DNA from: Candidatus Yonathbacteria bacterium RIFCSPHIGHO2_01_FULL_51_10
Lineage (GTDB): Bacteria > Patescibacteriota > Minisyncoccia > Phycocordibacterales > UBA1539_B
DNA: 33,684 nt
Assembly (NCBI GenBank): GCA_001823505.1
Contig: MHUS01000016.1
Location: forward strand, 4,555 to 38,238
Direction of reading: 5' to 3'
A program made the translations under genes and the position numbers. This document shows, in pieces, positions 1 through 7,814 of the stretch. Every line of letters starts with the position of its first letter. The stretch's first letter is position 1. The notes under the pieces are model-generated. The model had not been told where the DNA came from. It saw only the letters and a program-made list of their open reading frames with translations, and did not search any database.

Positions 1-936
1 CTCAGGCGCCGTCCAGCCGTCCTTGATCGTCCACCCGCGCGTCTCGTCTTCTCCCGTAGTGAAGTACGTGATGAGCCCCAGAAGCTCGTAACTTTTTTTG
101 ATGAGTTCGTCAACGCCGTTGCCGCCTTCTGCACCGAGTTCTTTTTTGAACGCGTCGCGCTCGGCACCTTCAAATCCCTGAAGCTCCTGCTCGATCTTCG
201 CATCAATGATAACGTAGCGCGCATTCGTTTCTTTCATGAGCGCGATGAGCTTAGTAAATCGCTCGTCTCCGCCATCCGGCAGACTCTCATCCAAATTCTT
301 CCCACCCGCTTTTTTGTTAAGCGCGTAGAGGATCGGCTTCTTGGTGAGAAGATGCAGCCCCTTGACGATCTTTTCTTCTTCCGTGGTCAGCGCCACCGAC
401 GAGGCAAGCTTGCCCGCCTCAAGCGCAGGCAAGATCTTTGATATCGCTTCCTTCTCCGCAAGGGCCGCTTTGTCGCCCCGCTTCGCGTCACGCTCGACAT
501 TCGCCAACCGCTTCGTCGCTGTCTGCATGTCGGCCAAGATAAGCTCCAGGTTGATCGTCTCAATGTCAGAGATGGGGTTTACTTTGCCATCCACATGGAT
601 CACGTTGTCGTCCTCAAAAATGCGCACGACCTCAAGGATCGCGTCCGTCTCACGGATATTGGCAAGAAATTTGTTCCCCAGACCTTCCCCTTCCGAGGCG
701 CCCTTGACCAGCCCGGCAATATCCACGAATTCCACTGCGGCGGGGATCTTTTTTGCCGACTTGGAAAGCACCGCGAGTTTGTCCAAGCGATCATCCGGCA
801 CCGCAACGACACCCACCGAAGGGTCAATGGTGCAGAACGGATAATTCTCCGCCGGCACCGCCTTTTCGGTAAGCGCGTTAAACAACGTGGATTTGCCCAC
901 GTTCGGAAGGCCGACGATGCCGATGGAGAGTGCCAT
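1..936 (-). CDS. ychF: Ribosome-binding ATPase YchF (OLA1 family), C-terminus cut by window edge
   Basis: The frame is open to the left edge, so it is absent from the ORF track. Translation from the ATG at 936-934 gives MALSIGIVGLPNVGKSTLFNALT..NYPFCTIDP..VEFVDIAGLVKGASEGEGLGNKFL..LITYFTTGEDETRGWT. This covers the P-loop, the DxxG motif and the YchF-type C-terminal region. About 312 codons are present. Confidence 0.9.
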   Translation of the reverse strand, partial: MALSIGIVGLPNVGKSTLFNALTEKAVPAENYPFCTIDPSVGVVAVPDDRLDKLAVLSKSAKKIPAAVEFVDIAGLVKGASEGEGLGNKFLANIRETDAILEVVRIFEDDNVIHVDGKVNPISDIETINLELILADMQTATKRLANVERDAKRGDKAALAEKEAISKILPALEAGKLASSVALTTEEEKIVKGLHLLTKKPILYALNKKAGGKNLDESLPDGGDERFTKLIALMKETNARYVIIDAKIEQELQGFEGAERDAFKKELGAEGGNGVDELIKKSYELLGLITYFTTGEDETRGWTIKDGWTAPE

Positions 937-948
937 ACTTGTTATTTT

Positions 949-1173
949 CTACCCATTGAGCGCTTTGAGCTCTGCCGCATGCGCCTGCATAACTGCCATC
1001 ATGGCCTGCTCTTGACCCATGCCGGCCTTTATCTTTGCTTGCGCCTCTTCGGCGATCTTCTGAAAGAGCGCGGGGTTCTTTTGCACGAGGTTAATCACCT
1101 GATCGATCTGCTCATCGCTCACTCCCGGCATCTTGGACTTGATCATCTTCTTTATGAGAAATTCTTTTATCAT
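949..1173 (-). CDS. Small (74 aa) helical protein of unknown function
   Basis: ORF lies 12 nt upstream of ychF on the same strand. The sequence is Lys/Gln/Ala-rich and predicted helical. No family recognised. Confidence 0.45.
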   Translation of the reverse strand: MIKEFLIKKMIKSKMPGVSDEQIDQVINLVQKNPALFQKIAEEAQAKIKAGMGQEQAMMAVMQAHAAELKALNG

Positions 1174-1237
1174 GAATTATGAACATTTACTTCGTAATGC
1201 CCGAGAGTGTACCAGAAAACCGCTCTACCGACAAACG

Positions 1238-2266
1238 CTAAGAAACTTCAATAATAGTCGGTGCAGACAAGCTCTCATTAACGTAGGGCTGAAAGGTATC
1301 CGTGAAATCAACCATGGTCGGGGTTACGGTTTTTACGGCGCCATTCTCAAACACGACCGAGAGCATCAAGCCGTGGTGAGTATCGGCGGAAAAATTCTGG
1401 TCAAACACAAAGTTGCCCAGACTGTACGCAATGTACCCACCGTGGTACTGCTCCACCTCCTCAACCACATGGGGGTGATGTCCGATCACGAGCGCAGCCC
1501 CGGCATCGATCGTCTGGTGCGCGATGTCCTCCTGCCACGCATTGTGCGCTGTTTTGTATTCCTCTCCCCAGTGATACGAAACGATCACCACATCGGCGGC
1601 TTGTTTTGCCGCGGCGATATCCTGCTTGACCGCCTCAATATCAAGAAACGCTACTGCGGGATGGGCATCGACCGTCGTAACTCCCCGTGGGATCAGGTTC
1701 GTGTACCCAAGAAAGGCAAAGCGTGTACCGTTCACCGTGCGGATCACCGGCGTGTGGGCACCGGCATGATCCATCCCGCCACCGGCATGGCCGATACCTA
1801 CACTATCAAGAAGTGCAAGGGTGTCCGTATACGCATCCCCGCCATAATCCCACGCATGATTGTTGGCGGTCGACACCACGTCAAAGTCCGCGTTCTTTAG
1901 ACCCTGTACGGCCTGCGGATCAGCACGAAAAGAATAGATGCTCCCCATGTTGGTCCCACGGTCTGAAATGGGACTCTCAAGATTGGCAAAGGCAAGATCT
2001 GCGGTGCGGATCTGTTCTGTTATCAATGCGAATGGATAATCAACATCCTCACGCTTGTGCATAATGTTGCCGATACCACGCGAAAGCATAATATCCCCCA
2101 CAAAAAGGAGTGAGGCGGTCGCGGGCAAGCCCTCGGAGGTAGTGACAATGGCTGTCTGTGCCGGAGCTACTGAAAAGACAGCACGATTGATATTAGGGTC
2201 AATAATGGTCAGTGCCAGCGTCAAGAAACTGACCACGGCAACACAGGACATAAGTAAATATTTCAT
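1238..2266 (-). CDS. CapA / PGA_cap family metallophosphatase-like protein with N-terminal signal anchor
   Basis: Motifs FVGDIML, FANLESPIS, STANNHAWDYG, SYHWGEEY and IGHHPHVV are typical of the CapA (poly-gamma-glutamate capsule synthesis) family. The N-terminus MKYLLMSCVAVVSFLTLALTII is hydrophobic. Confidence 0.85.
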   Translation of the reverse strand: MKYLLMSCVAVVSFLTLALTIIDPNINRAVFSVAPAQTAIVTTSEGLPATASLLFVGDIMLSRGIGNIMHKREDVDYPFALITEQIRTADLAFANLESPISDRGTNMGSIYSFRADPQAVQGLKNADFDVVSTANNHAWDYGGDAYTDTLALLDSVGIGHAGGGMDHAGAHTPVIRTVNGTRFAFLGYTNLIPRGVTTVDAHPAVAFLDIEAVKQDIAAAKQAADVVIVSYHWGEEYKTAHNAWQEDIAHQTIDAGAALVIGHHPHVVEEVEQYHGGYIAYSLGNFVFDQNFSADTHHGLMLSVVFENGAVKTVTPTMVDFTDTFQPYVNESLSAPTIIEVS

Positions 2267-2321
2267 GGAGTAGAAGACTTAAAAATACTGTAGCAAAAAG
2301 GCCCCAACGGGGCAAATGTAA

Positions 2322-2345
2322 AGCCCGCAACTTTCGTTGCGGGCT
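2322..2345 (-). terminator. Stem-loop terminator after the 2397..3332 gene
   Basis: Perfect 10-bp stem AGCCCGCAAC/GTTGCGGGCT with a 4-nt loop, flanked by A/T runs. A second small hairpin GCCCC-AAC-GGGGC lies at 2301..2313. Both are about 50 nt downstream of the stop. Confidence 0.6.
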
Positions 2346-2396
2346 TTGTAAAAGAATTCATGTACTTCATGTGAGAGCTATGCGCCTCTCACCGCG

Positions 2397-3332
2397 CTAA
2401 CCATCCGGCTCCGGAAGATGCAGGATATCTTCTCGGGTGATGCCGGTACCCTCGAACATTTTGATGCACACGAGGAGCGCTCGTTTCACCTCTTTGAGCG
2501 GCACACCTTCGGCATAGTCGGGACAGTCAGGGAACCTGATAATGGGTCCGTTCTTGTCGTACCCGGCGATATCAAGATCAAACGTTCTCCCTTTGATGTC
2601 ATAGGGCCACTTTTTGGTAACCATTGAGCCCAGGAGCTTATCAAGAGTGACACCGAGTCTTTCGGCGTAATCCATCATCTCTGCAGATCCGCTAAGCTTG
2701 CGCGCCAGCCCATCTTTACGGCCAGCGAAGTACCAGCGCAACAGAAACGCGGCGACGAGCACCATGTACAACACAAATAGCACTATCCGCTCTGAGCGCA
2801 ACCCACTTACCTCTTTTTTCGATGCGGCGATAGCCCTTTCCGCTTGTGCCGCCTGCGCTTGTTCAAGTGTAAAATGAAGCTGCAGAGACACAACTTTTTG
2901 CTCTGCGATTTCGACTCGTTTCCTGAGGTCTTCATTTTCATGAACCAGCGCGTCGGCGTTCAGCTGAAGGCCTTTCAGTTGCTCTAAAACCTGGGGCGGT
3001 ACCGTATCAGCAGGTTTTGTCGGTGACAAAATTGCGGTTGATACAACAACGTTGCAGGGAACTCGCAACTCCAGGCCGGCTGGCAGCACCTCAAACTCCC
3101 CCTTGGTGCAATTGCGGAAATGTTTTCCGTTCATTGCGCAGGTCGCTTTTTTGTATGCCGCAAACGAAAGTATCTTGTCGCTCTTGTTCCAGCAATTCCA
3201 GACGTAATGCCCACGGTTGATGGTGCACGTTCCGTTGGGTGAAGTGACTGCAGTTGTCGGTTTCTCAGCGGCGAATGCCGACGAGACCAACCCAATCAAA
3301 AGTACCAACAGCAAGAGAATTCTGGCTCTCAT
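2397..3332 (-). CDS. Type-I membrane protein: signal peptide, Cys-rich ectodomain, coiled coil, one TM helix, C-terminal globular domain. Function unknown.
   Basis: Signal peptide MRARILLLLVLLIGLVSSAFA. Six Cys between residues about 36 and 94. Heptad-like region LKGLQLNADALVHENEDLRKRVEIAEQKVVSLQL. TM segment IVLFVLYMVLVAAFLLRWYF. Strong RBS AAAGGAGGAATAACC precedes the ATG. Confidence 0.7.
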   Translation of the reverse strand: MRARILLLLVLLIGLVSSAFAAEKPTTAVTSPNGTCTINRGHYVWNCWNKSDKILSFAAYKKATCAMNGKHFRNCTKGEFEVLPAGLELRVPCNVVVSTAILSPTKPADTVPPQVLEQLKGLQLNADALVHENEDLRKRVEIAEQKVVSLQLHFTLEQAQAAQAERAIAASKKEVSGLRSERIVLFVLYMVLVAAFLLRWYFAGRKDGLARKLSGSAEMMDYAERLGVTLDKLLGSMVTKKWPYDIKGRTFDLDIAGYDKNGPIIRFPDCPDYAEGVPLKEVKRALLVCIKMFEGTGITREDILHLPEPDG

Positions 3333-3475
3333 GGTTATTCCTCCTTTGCTCTGAAGTAACTGAATTTTAAAAAGGGCAGAAATTAGTGTTTTCTGTCGTT
3401 GTAATACACCATAAATACAAAAATGTCAAGGCCTCCCGAGACGGCGCGAGTTGCATACCATCTTTTTTATTTCTT

Positions 3476-3546
3476 TCGGGCTGCCGGGAATCGAACCCGG
3501 CCTACATCCACCCCATGGACGCGTACTGCCGATATACTACAGCCCG
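3476..3546 (-). tRNA. tRNA-Pro (anticodon GGG), no encoded CCA
   Basis: Manual cloverleaf: acceptor CGGGCTG/CAGCCCG, D arm GTAT-ATCGGCA-GTAC, anticodon arm CGTCC-ATGGGGT-GGATG, T arm CCGGG-TTCGATT-CCCGG, discriminator A. C1-G72 with A73 is typical of bacterial tRNA-Pro. Confidence 0.85.
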
Positions 3547-3579
3547 GCCTTTACTTCACGCGACTTCACTTAACGCCTT

Positions 3580-3650
3580 TCGGGCCGCCGGGAATCGAAC
3601 CCGGTCTATACGCACCCGAAGCGTATGTACTACCGGTATACTACGGCCCG
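3580..3650 (-). tRNA. tRNA-Pro (anticodon CGG), no encoded CCA
   Basis: Manual cloverleaf: acceptor CGGGCCG/CGGCCCG, D arm GTAT-ACCGGTA-GTAC, anticodon arm TACGC-TTCGGGT-GCGTA, T arm CCGGG-TTCGATT-CCCGG. It is a tandem paralog of the neighbouring tRNA-Pro. Confidence 0.85.
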
Positions 3651-3702
3651 TCTTTCACAAAGACCGAGATACTTTAGCACAAAGCGAGCGTTTCAAAAAG
3701 CC

Positions 3703-4470
3703 TTACGACTTCTGTCGGTGTGCTTGTTGCACATCACGCGCGGCTTTACGGTATTCGCAGTAATCACACTCCGCTCCCACCGCGGGGATCTCTTTGCTCT
3801 CAAGGCACGCTTTGATGTCTTTAAGTGTCCCCTCCACCCACGAGTCATCACCCTTGTGTGCGATGAGTGTCACCTCAAACTCAAGCTTGCCGTCGAACGC
3901 CTTGCGGTCTTTTGTCGCATTTGCATATACGAAATATCCCGTGGGAGAAACCTCAAATCCTTTTCTGCGCAAAAGCCACTGATATATTTCCATCTGCCGT
4001 TTATAACCATCGTGCCAGTCTTGATCAAGCGCGTTGATCTCCTCATCTTTGCTCGTCGCTTTGTAGTCCACAACAATAAGCTCACCGGCAGGATTCACCC
4101 ACACGTCGTCCACCGCGCCAGAGACGGTGAAGCCAGTCGGCTTGTGACTGTGCTCAATTCCCTTGAAGTTCTCACGCCACACGTCGAGGTCATCGTGTGC
4201 GAACGGCACCGCATCTACGCCATACTGCTTCATCAGCGGATGCGCGGTCTTGCCCGCGCGGTGGATATCAAATTCTTTCTTGAGCAAGTGGTCAACGGCG
4301 CTGTTTAAGTTGAAGGGGAATCCGGGCGGACGCGCAGTGCCCAACTTGTTGTCAATATAAAAACACCGCGGACACTGCACGAAGAGGTCTATCTTCGAGC
4401 GGGAGAGCCGCCACTTCGGCCCACCATAATTCCAATCAGTCTTGCGATGCGGTTTGTAGAATGAGGACAT
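3703..4470 (-). CDS. PD-(D/E)XK nuclease, Cas4/RecB-like, with candidate Fe-S cluster cysteines
   Basis: GAVDDVWV...ELIVVDYKATSK gives the D...(D/E)xK core. RQMEIYQWLL gives the QxxxY motif. N-terminal CPRC and C-terminal C..CDYC cysteines resemble Cas4-type 4Fe-4S ligands. Confidence 0.75.
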   Translation of the reverse strand: MSSFYKPHRKTDWNYGGPKWRLSRSKIDLFVQCPRCFYIDNKLGTARPPGFPFNLNSAVDHLLKKEFDIHRAGKTAHPLMKQYGVDAVPFAHDDLDVWRENFKGIEHSHKPTGFTVSGAVDDVWVNPAGELIVVDYKATSKDEEINALDQDWHDGYKRQMEIYQWLLRRKGFEVSPTGYFVYANATKDRKAFDGKLEFEVTLIAHKGDDSWVEGTLKDIKACLESKEIPAVGAECDYCEYRKAARDVQQAHRQKS

Positions 4471-4474
4471 AATA

Positions 4475-5188
4475 TTAGTGTACCGTATCTCCTCGTTTCT
4501 CGCCAGAAAATTCTGCTTGCCGTGTATTTATAAACAAAAACTCCCCCAGCACGAAATAGTTGGGGGAGAAATGAAGAGAGTTGCGAACGCCCGCAAACCA
4601 CCAGTCGTCGCGCCAGACGTGGCCGCTACGGTCGACGTACACGAGGCGCTCGCCGTCCCAGCGTCGGAAGGCGGCGAAGCACCACTTGCCATCACCATCT
4701 TTCCATTGACTGCCATTTGGATGGTCGTCCGCAAAAGCAGGGTCGGCTTCGTTGATGGCTGCTTCTGCGTATAGATCTGGCTTGAGCCCCAGCGACTCAT
4801 ATTTCTTCGCGAGATCATCGTTGCTGATCGTACAACTTTCTTTGAAGAGATACACGTCGACTTCTTCGCCTTCGCCTCGTGGCATGCTGTCCACAACCTT
4901 GCGGTCCGTGTACTGCTTGCGGCCAGTGGCGTCCAGGACTTCCTGTGGTGAGCGGATGCGGTTCACCCGAACACGGCGCACGATCATACCGCTGACCGCC
5001 TCGACACGCTTACGAAGCACCGCCACCTGTTCGGCCACGTATTCCGGTTGGCCGAGGACATGTTGCACGATATTGGAACCGAGTTCTCCGCGGTGTTTGC
5101 GCAGTAAGGCGCGATAGATGTCGACAGCCTTGTCGATTTGACCGTCAGTCATGGGTAGTACTACGGATGGGGTCACGACGTTCGTCAT
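4475..5188 (-). CDS. Hypothetical protein (237 aa) co-transcribed with the Cas4-like nuclease
   Basis: Start chosen at MTNVVTPS (ATG 5188) because AAAAGGAG lies 8 nt upstream. The track ORF extends to 5257 without an RBS. The stop is 4 nt before the nuclease ATG. There is a Trp-rich C-terminal region (KWCFAAFRRWDGERLVYVDRSGHVWRDDWWFAGVR). No family recognised. Confidence 0.6.
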   Translation of the reverse strand: MTNVVTPSVVLPMTDGQIDKAVDIYRALLRKHRGELGSNIVQHVLGQPEYVAEQVAVLRKRVEAVSGMIVRRVRVNRIRSPQEVLDATGRKQYTDRKVVDSMPRGEGEEVDVYLFKESCTISNDDLAKKYESLGLKPDLYAEAAINEADPAFADDHPNGSQWKDGDGKWCFAAFRRWDGERLVYVDRSGHVWRDDWWFAGVRNSLHFSPNYFVLGEFLFINTRQAEFSGEKRGDTVH

Positions 5189-5248
5189 GGCGTCATCTCC
5201 TTTTGTAATGTGCTTCCGGGGATCTGCCGGACCAGTTATACTGATTAT

Positions 5249-5277
5249 AATATACACCTTTGTGCTCTTTTTGTCAA
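5249..5277 (-). promoter_or_regulatory. Near-consensus sigma70-type promoter TTGACA-N17-TATATT
   Basis: Minus strand reads TTGACAaaaagagcacaaaggtgTATATT. The -35 element is at 5277-5272 and the -10 element at 5254-5249. It lies about 60 nt upstream of the 5188 start. Confidence 0.45.
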
Positions 5278-5311
5278 TAGCATGCGGAAATATGGATTTA
5301 CTTTCAAAATC

Positions 5312-6022
5312 CTACACATTCACATAATCTCGCCAGTATTCGTAGAGCTGTTTGGTGGCGCGGAGGTCGCCCGTGTTGTAGCGCGCGATGTCCAAGAACT
5401 TTTTCTCAGCGAAAAGGCGGCCGACGTCATCGCCCGTGACACCCTCTGCTTTGGGGCTCTCGATGCCGAGTGCACGGCACCACAGGTGCAAACTCCCCCT
5501 GCGGCGCATGGCACCATAGAATGAAAGCTGATCAAGCAGATCGATGTGCCGCGCACCCGCGCGCTGACTTGAGAGGTAGCGATTGGTGAGTAGATTTTTC
5601 GTCGGGCGAATATGATGCACCGCCGAGCGCACCATAAGAAACGGCACATCAAACCCGCGCCCGTTGAAACTCACGAATTCTTGATAGTGCTTCACTCCTT
5701 CCCAAAAATGGATGAGCATCTCTTCCTCGGTCATCTGCTTAAAGGTGACATCGTCTTCTTCACGGTCGGCGAATTTTTCACCTGGTGCCTGATAGTACAC
5801 CACCGTCTTGTTGCGGTCATAATCAAGCACGCCGATCGCCGCGATCTCGCCGGTGAGGGGAGAAAAGCCGAGGCGCGTTTTTAAGTCCTTGAGCTCCGCT
5901 TCATACTCAGCCTCACTCCCCGCCTCGCGACGCATCCAGTGGGTCAGTGCATCCTGCGTCGTAGGATCAAGCGAGTCAAAGTCCTCACCGATCGTTTCAA
6001 TATCAAAAATAAGGGTTGCCAT
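5312..6022 (-). CDS. DnaQ-fold 3'-5' exonuclease of the PolB-exonuclease-like (DNA_pol_B_exo2) family
   Basis: LIFDIETIG (ExoI), SFNGRGFDVPFL (ExoII) and IARYNTGDLRATKQLY (ExoIII YxxxD-like). The length and motif order fit the stand-alone PolB-exo-like proteins. Confidence 0.8.
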   Translation of the reverse strand: MATLIFDIETIGEDFDSLDPTTQDALTHWMRREAGSEAEYEAELKDLKTRLGFSPLTGEIAAIGVLDYDRNKTVVYYQAPGEKFADREEDDVTFKQMTEEEMLIHFWEGVKHYQEFVSFNGRGFDVPFLMVRSAVHHIRPTKNLLTNRYLSSQRAGARHIDLLDQLSFYGAMRRRGSLHLWCRALGIESPKAEGVTGDDVGRLFAEKKFLDIARYNTGDLRATKQLYEYWRDYVNV

Positions 6023-6050
6023 GAGATACGTGTAGTATACGCCGACCTAC

Positions 6051-6083
6051 AAAAAAGTGCACCACCCTTGTGGGTGGTGCACT
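6051..6083 (-). terminator. Rho-independent terminator after the 6104..6577 gene
   Basis: Perfect 12-bp stem AGTGCACCACCC/GGGTGGTGCACT with loop TTGT. The minus-strand transcript continues with UUUUUU (A-run at 6051-6056). Confidence 0.75.
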
Positions 6084-6103
6084 GCCATAGGGGGTATTCC
6101 TGA

Positions 6104-6577
6104 CTAGAAGTGCCCTGTGTTTTCGTACACGAGAGCACCACGAGCACGAGATTTCTTTTTCTCAGGAGAGATGCAGGATATTTCGTCCCCCGTCCAAACC
6201 GAGAAGCCTGCGGGAGAAGTCACCTTTGCGCCCCGTGGAGCAATGACCGTTCCGTCGCGTTTAACTTGCACATCCCGCTTTTCGCTATCAGGTACGACCA
6301 CTTGGTGTGTCTCGAGCAAAACGCGGGGAATGTTTTCCTCGGGGACCCCTTCCATCAAAAGCTGCTGCTCCATTTTTGACATCTCGCTTTCGGCCTCAGG
6401 TAGCGTCGTCGCATTTGTGTAATGTGTCCAGTACTTGCCTCCGAAACGAAAAAACACCGCTGGGGAATCTTTGATAAAATACATGCAGTTTTTATCAACT
6501 TCCCGATACTCACGTCCTTTCGCGGTGATAGAGATCAAAAGCATTGCTGCAACACACATACTATGCGCGATTTTCAT
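6104..6577 (-). CDS. Secreted hypothetical protein (157 aa)
   Basis: Start set at MKIAHSMCVAAMLLISITA (ATG 6577), preceded by AAAGGGGGAG. The N-terminus looks like a signal peptide. The track ORF start at 6766 would run through the upstream terminator. Confidence 0.6.
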   Translation of the reverse strand: MKIAHSMCVAAMLLISITAKGREYREVDKNCMYFIKDSPAVFFRFGGKYWTHYTNATTLPEAESEMSKMEQQLLMEGVPEENIPRVLLETHQVVVPDSEKRDVQVKRDGTVIAPRGAKVTSPAGFSVWTGDEISCISPEKKKSRARGALVYENTGHF

Positions 6578-6654
6578 GGCTCCCCCTTTTGAGATTGATG
6601 AATTGGTGATGTGCTGTAACTTCTTGCACCATACTACACTGTCAAAATTTTTGC

Positions 6655-6690
6655 AAAAAAAAATGCCCCCGTTCGTAAGAACAGGGGCAT
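6655..6690 (-). terminator. Rho-independent terminator after the 6712..7662 gene
   Basis: 12-bp stem ATGCCCCCGTTC/GAACAGGGGCAT with one wobble or mismatch and loop GTAA. Nine U follow on the minus-strand transcript. Confidence 0.75.
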
Positions 6691-6711
6691 CAAACCGGCC
6701 GACCCTCAGGG

Positions 6712-7662
6712 TCAATCCTGCCCGGTAACGGAGAGCATCGCTCCTTCGATCGCACCGGGCGCGCACATGATGTTCATGAACGTACCGCCGGTGGGGTTGG
6801 CCATCATGGGCAGACCAAGGTAGGCGATGGCGATGCGGAAGCGTGCGTAGAGCGCCTCCACATTCTTTCCTGTCACCAGGATTTCATACGGCGCGTAACC
6901 CGTGTTGTGGACAGGACCCATGTCTACGGCTTTCATGGTGGTCTCGTCGCCGCTGCAACCATTCGTCATCGCCACACCGAACACCGTTTCGTCCGTACCC
7001 GGGATGTCGATGCGGTAGACCTGACTGGTGCCGCCCGCATGCGCAGCAAGTCCTGCTTCAACGGCTTTTACCGCTTCTTCATGGCTGTCATGTTCGCCGA
7101 GGTCGCTTGGGTCGTCAAAGTATTCCATCATCACAGTGTAGTGATAACCCTTGAGTGCGTCAGCGGAGATACCGTCCTTGAAGCCATAAAAAGAACCGTA
7201 CTCTTCCTTGGCCCCCAGCGTTGCCGCGAGCTTGGATTTCACCGCTGAAACATCCGCCGACACGCGGTATGCCGCTGCCCAGTAGACCGGGTTGGTAAAA
7301 GCCACCTGGATCTGAGCATCTGCCGGGTTGAACGCAGCGCCTTTGCCATTGCCATACTGCTTGGTGACGGTAACGCGCATGCCGGCCAAATAACCACCAC
7401 GCTTCGATGAAGCTGCTGCTTTCTTGAGCTCGTCATTGGTGACGACCAGGATATTCGAACCCTCGAAAGGAGAATAGCTGCCGACGACTTCAAAACCGGC
7501 GCCGGTCAGCTTGGCCTTTACTTCATCGGTGACCTTGGCGACATCGCCCGGGCCACTTGAGGCGAGCACGTAGGGCTTGAGGAGATCCCCCGCCCAGGTG
7601 TTCGCCCCAACCAGCATCAGAAACGCGGCGCAAGCCGCAATAACCATTTTTGTAACGTTCAT
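6712..7662 (-). CDS. Secreted hypothetical protein (316 aa), compositionally GC-rich
   Basis: Signal peptide MNVTKMVIAACAAFLMLVGANTWA. RBS AGGAGG lies upstream. The protein is Ala/Gly-rich. No family confidently recognised. Confidence 0.7.
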   Translation of the reverse strand: MNVTKMVIAACAAFLMLVGANTWAGDLLKPYVLASSGPGDVAKVTDEVKAKLTGAGFEVVGSYSPFEGSNILVVTNDELKKAAASSKRGGYLAGMRVTVTKQYGNGKGAAFNPADAQIQVAFTNPVYWAAAYRVSADVSAVKSKLAATLGAKEEYGSFYGFKDGISADALKGYHYTVMMEYFDDPSDLGEHDSHEEAVKAVEAGLAAHAGGTSQVYRIDIPGTDETVFGVAMTNGCSGDETTMKAVDMGPVHNTGYAPYEILVTGKNVEALYARFRIAIAYLGLPMMANPTGGTFMNIMCAPGAIEGAMLSVTGQD

Positions 7663-7731
7663 ACCATCCTCCTAATTTCCCCGAAATGGGGGGGTTTATG
7701 ATGGCTCCGCAGTCGCGGATTCCAAGGCAGA

Positions 7732-7759
7732 ACACTACTATATTCTGTAAAAATGTCAA
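7732..7759 (-). promoter_or_regulatory. Candidate promoter TTGACA-N16-TAGTGT for the 7662 gene
   Basis: Minus strand reads TTGACAtttttacagaatatagTAGTGT. It lies about 70 nt upstream of the ATG. Confidence 0.35.
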
Positions 7760-7781
7760 TGTTTTTGCAGGTCACTGAACC

Positions 7782-7812
7782 CAACTACCAGACGTCCGAC
7801 GTCTGGTAGTTG
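7782..7812. repeat. Perfect 15+1+15 nt palindrome. Possible terminator of the CAP-domain gene, or a protein-binding site.
   Basis: CAACTACCAGACGTC-c-GACGTCTGGTAGTTG begins 3 nt after the stop at 7815. No U-tract on either strand. Confidence 0.45.
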
Positions 7813-7814
7813 AG

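Noticed and set aside
341-1900. Long + strand ORFs (341..844, 595..1182, 1133..1900)
   Set aside because: They are antisense to the well-supported ychF, small-protein and CapA genes. Their products are Arg/Ser/His-rich and low in complexity, with no RBS. They are typical shadow ORFs.
3476-3650. tRNA-flanked genomic island or integrated element (near tRNA-Pro x2, tRNA-Val, tRNA-Ala)
   Set aside because: There is no integrase, recombinase, transposase or phage gene anywhere in the window, and no direct repeat of a tRNA 3' end was seen.
3386-3763. ORFs 3386..3763 and 3423..3677 (+)
   Set aside because: They are translations across the two tRNA-Pro genes. The repeated AAGNRTR peptide is the T-arm sequence read as protein.
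6578-6766. N-terminal ORF extensions. This one is 6578..6766. The same applies to 5189..5257, 8763..8819 and 15268..15339.
   Set aside because: The extensions run through terminators or neighbouring genes and lack an RBS. Internal starts with an RBS or signal peptide fit better.
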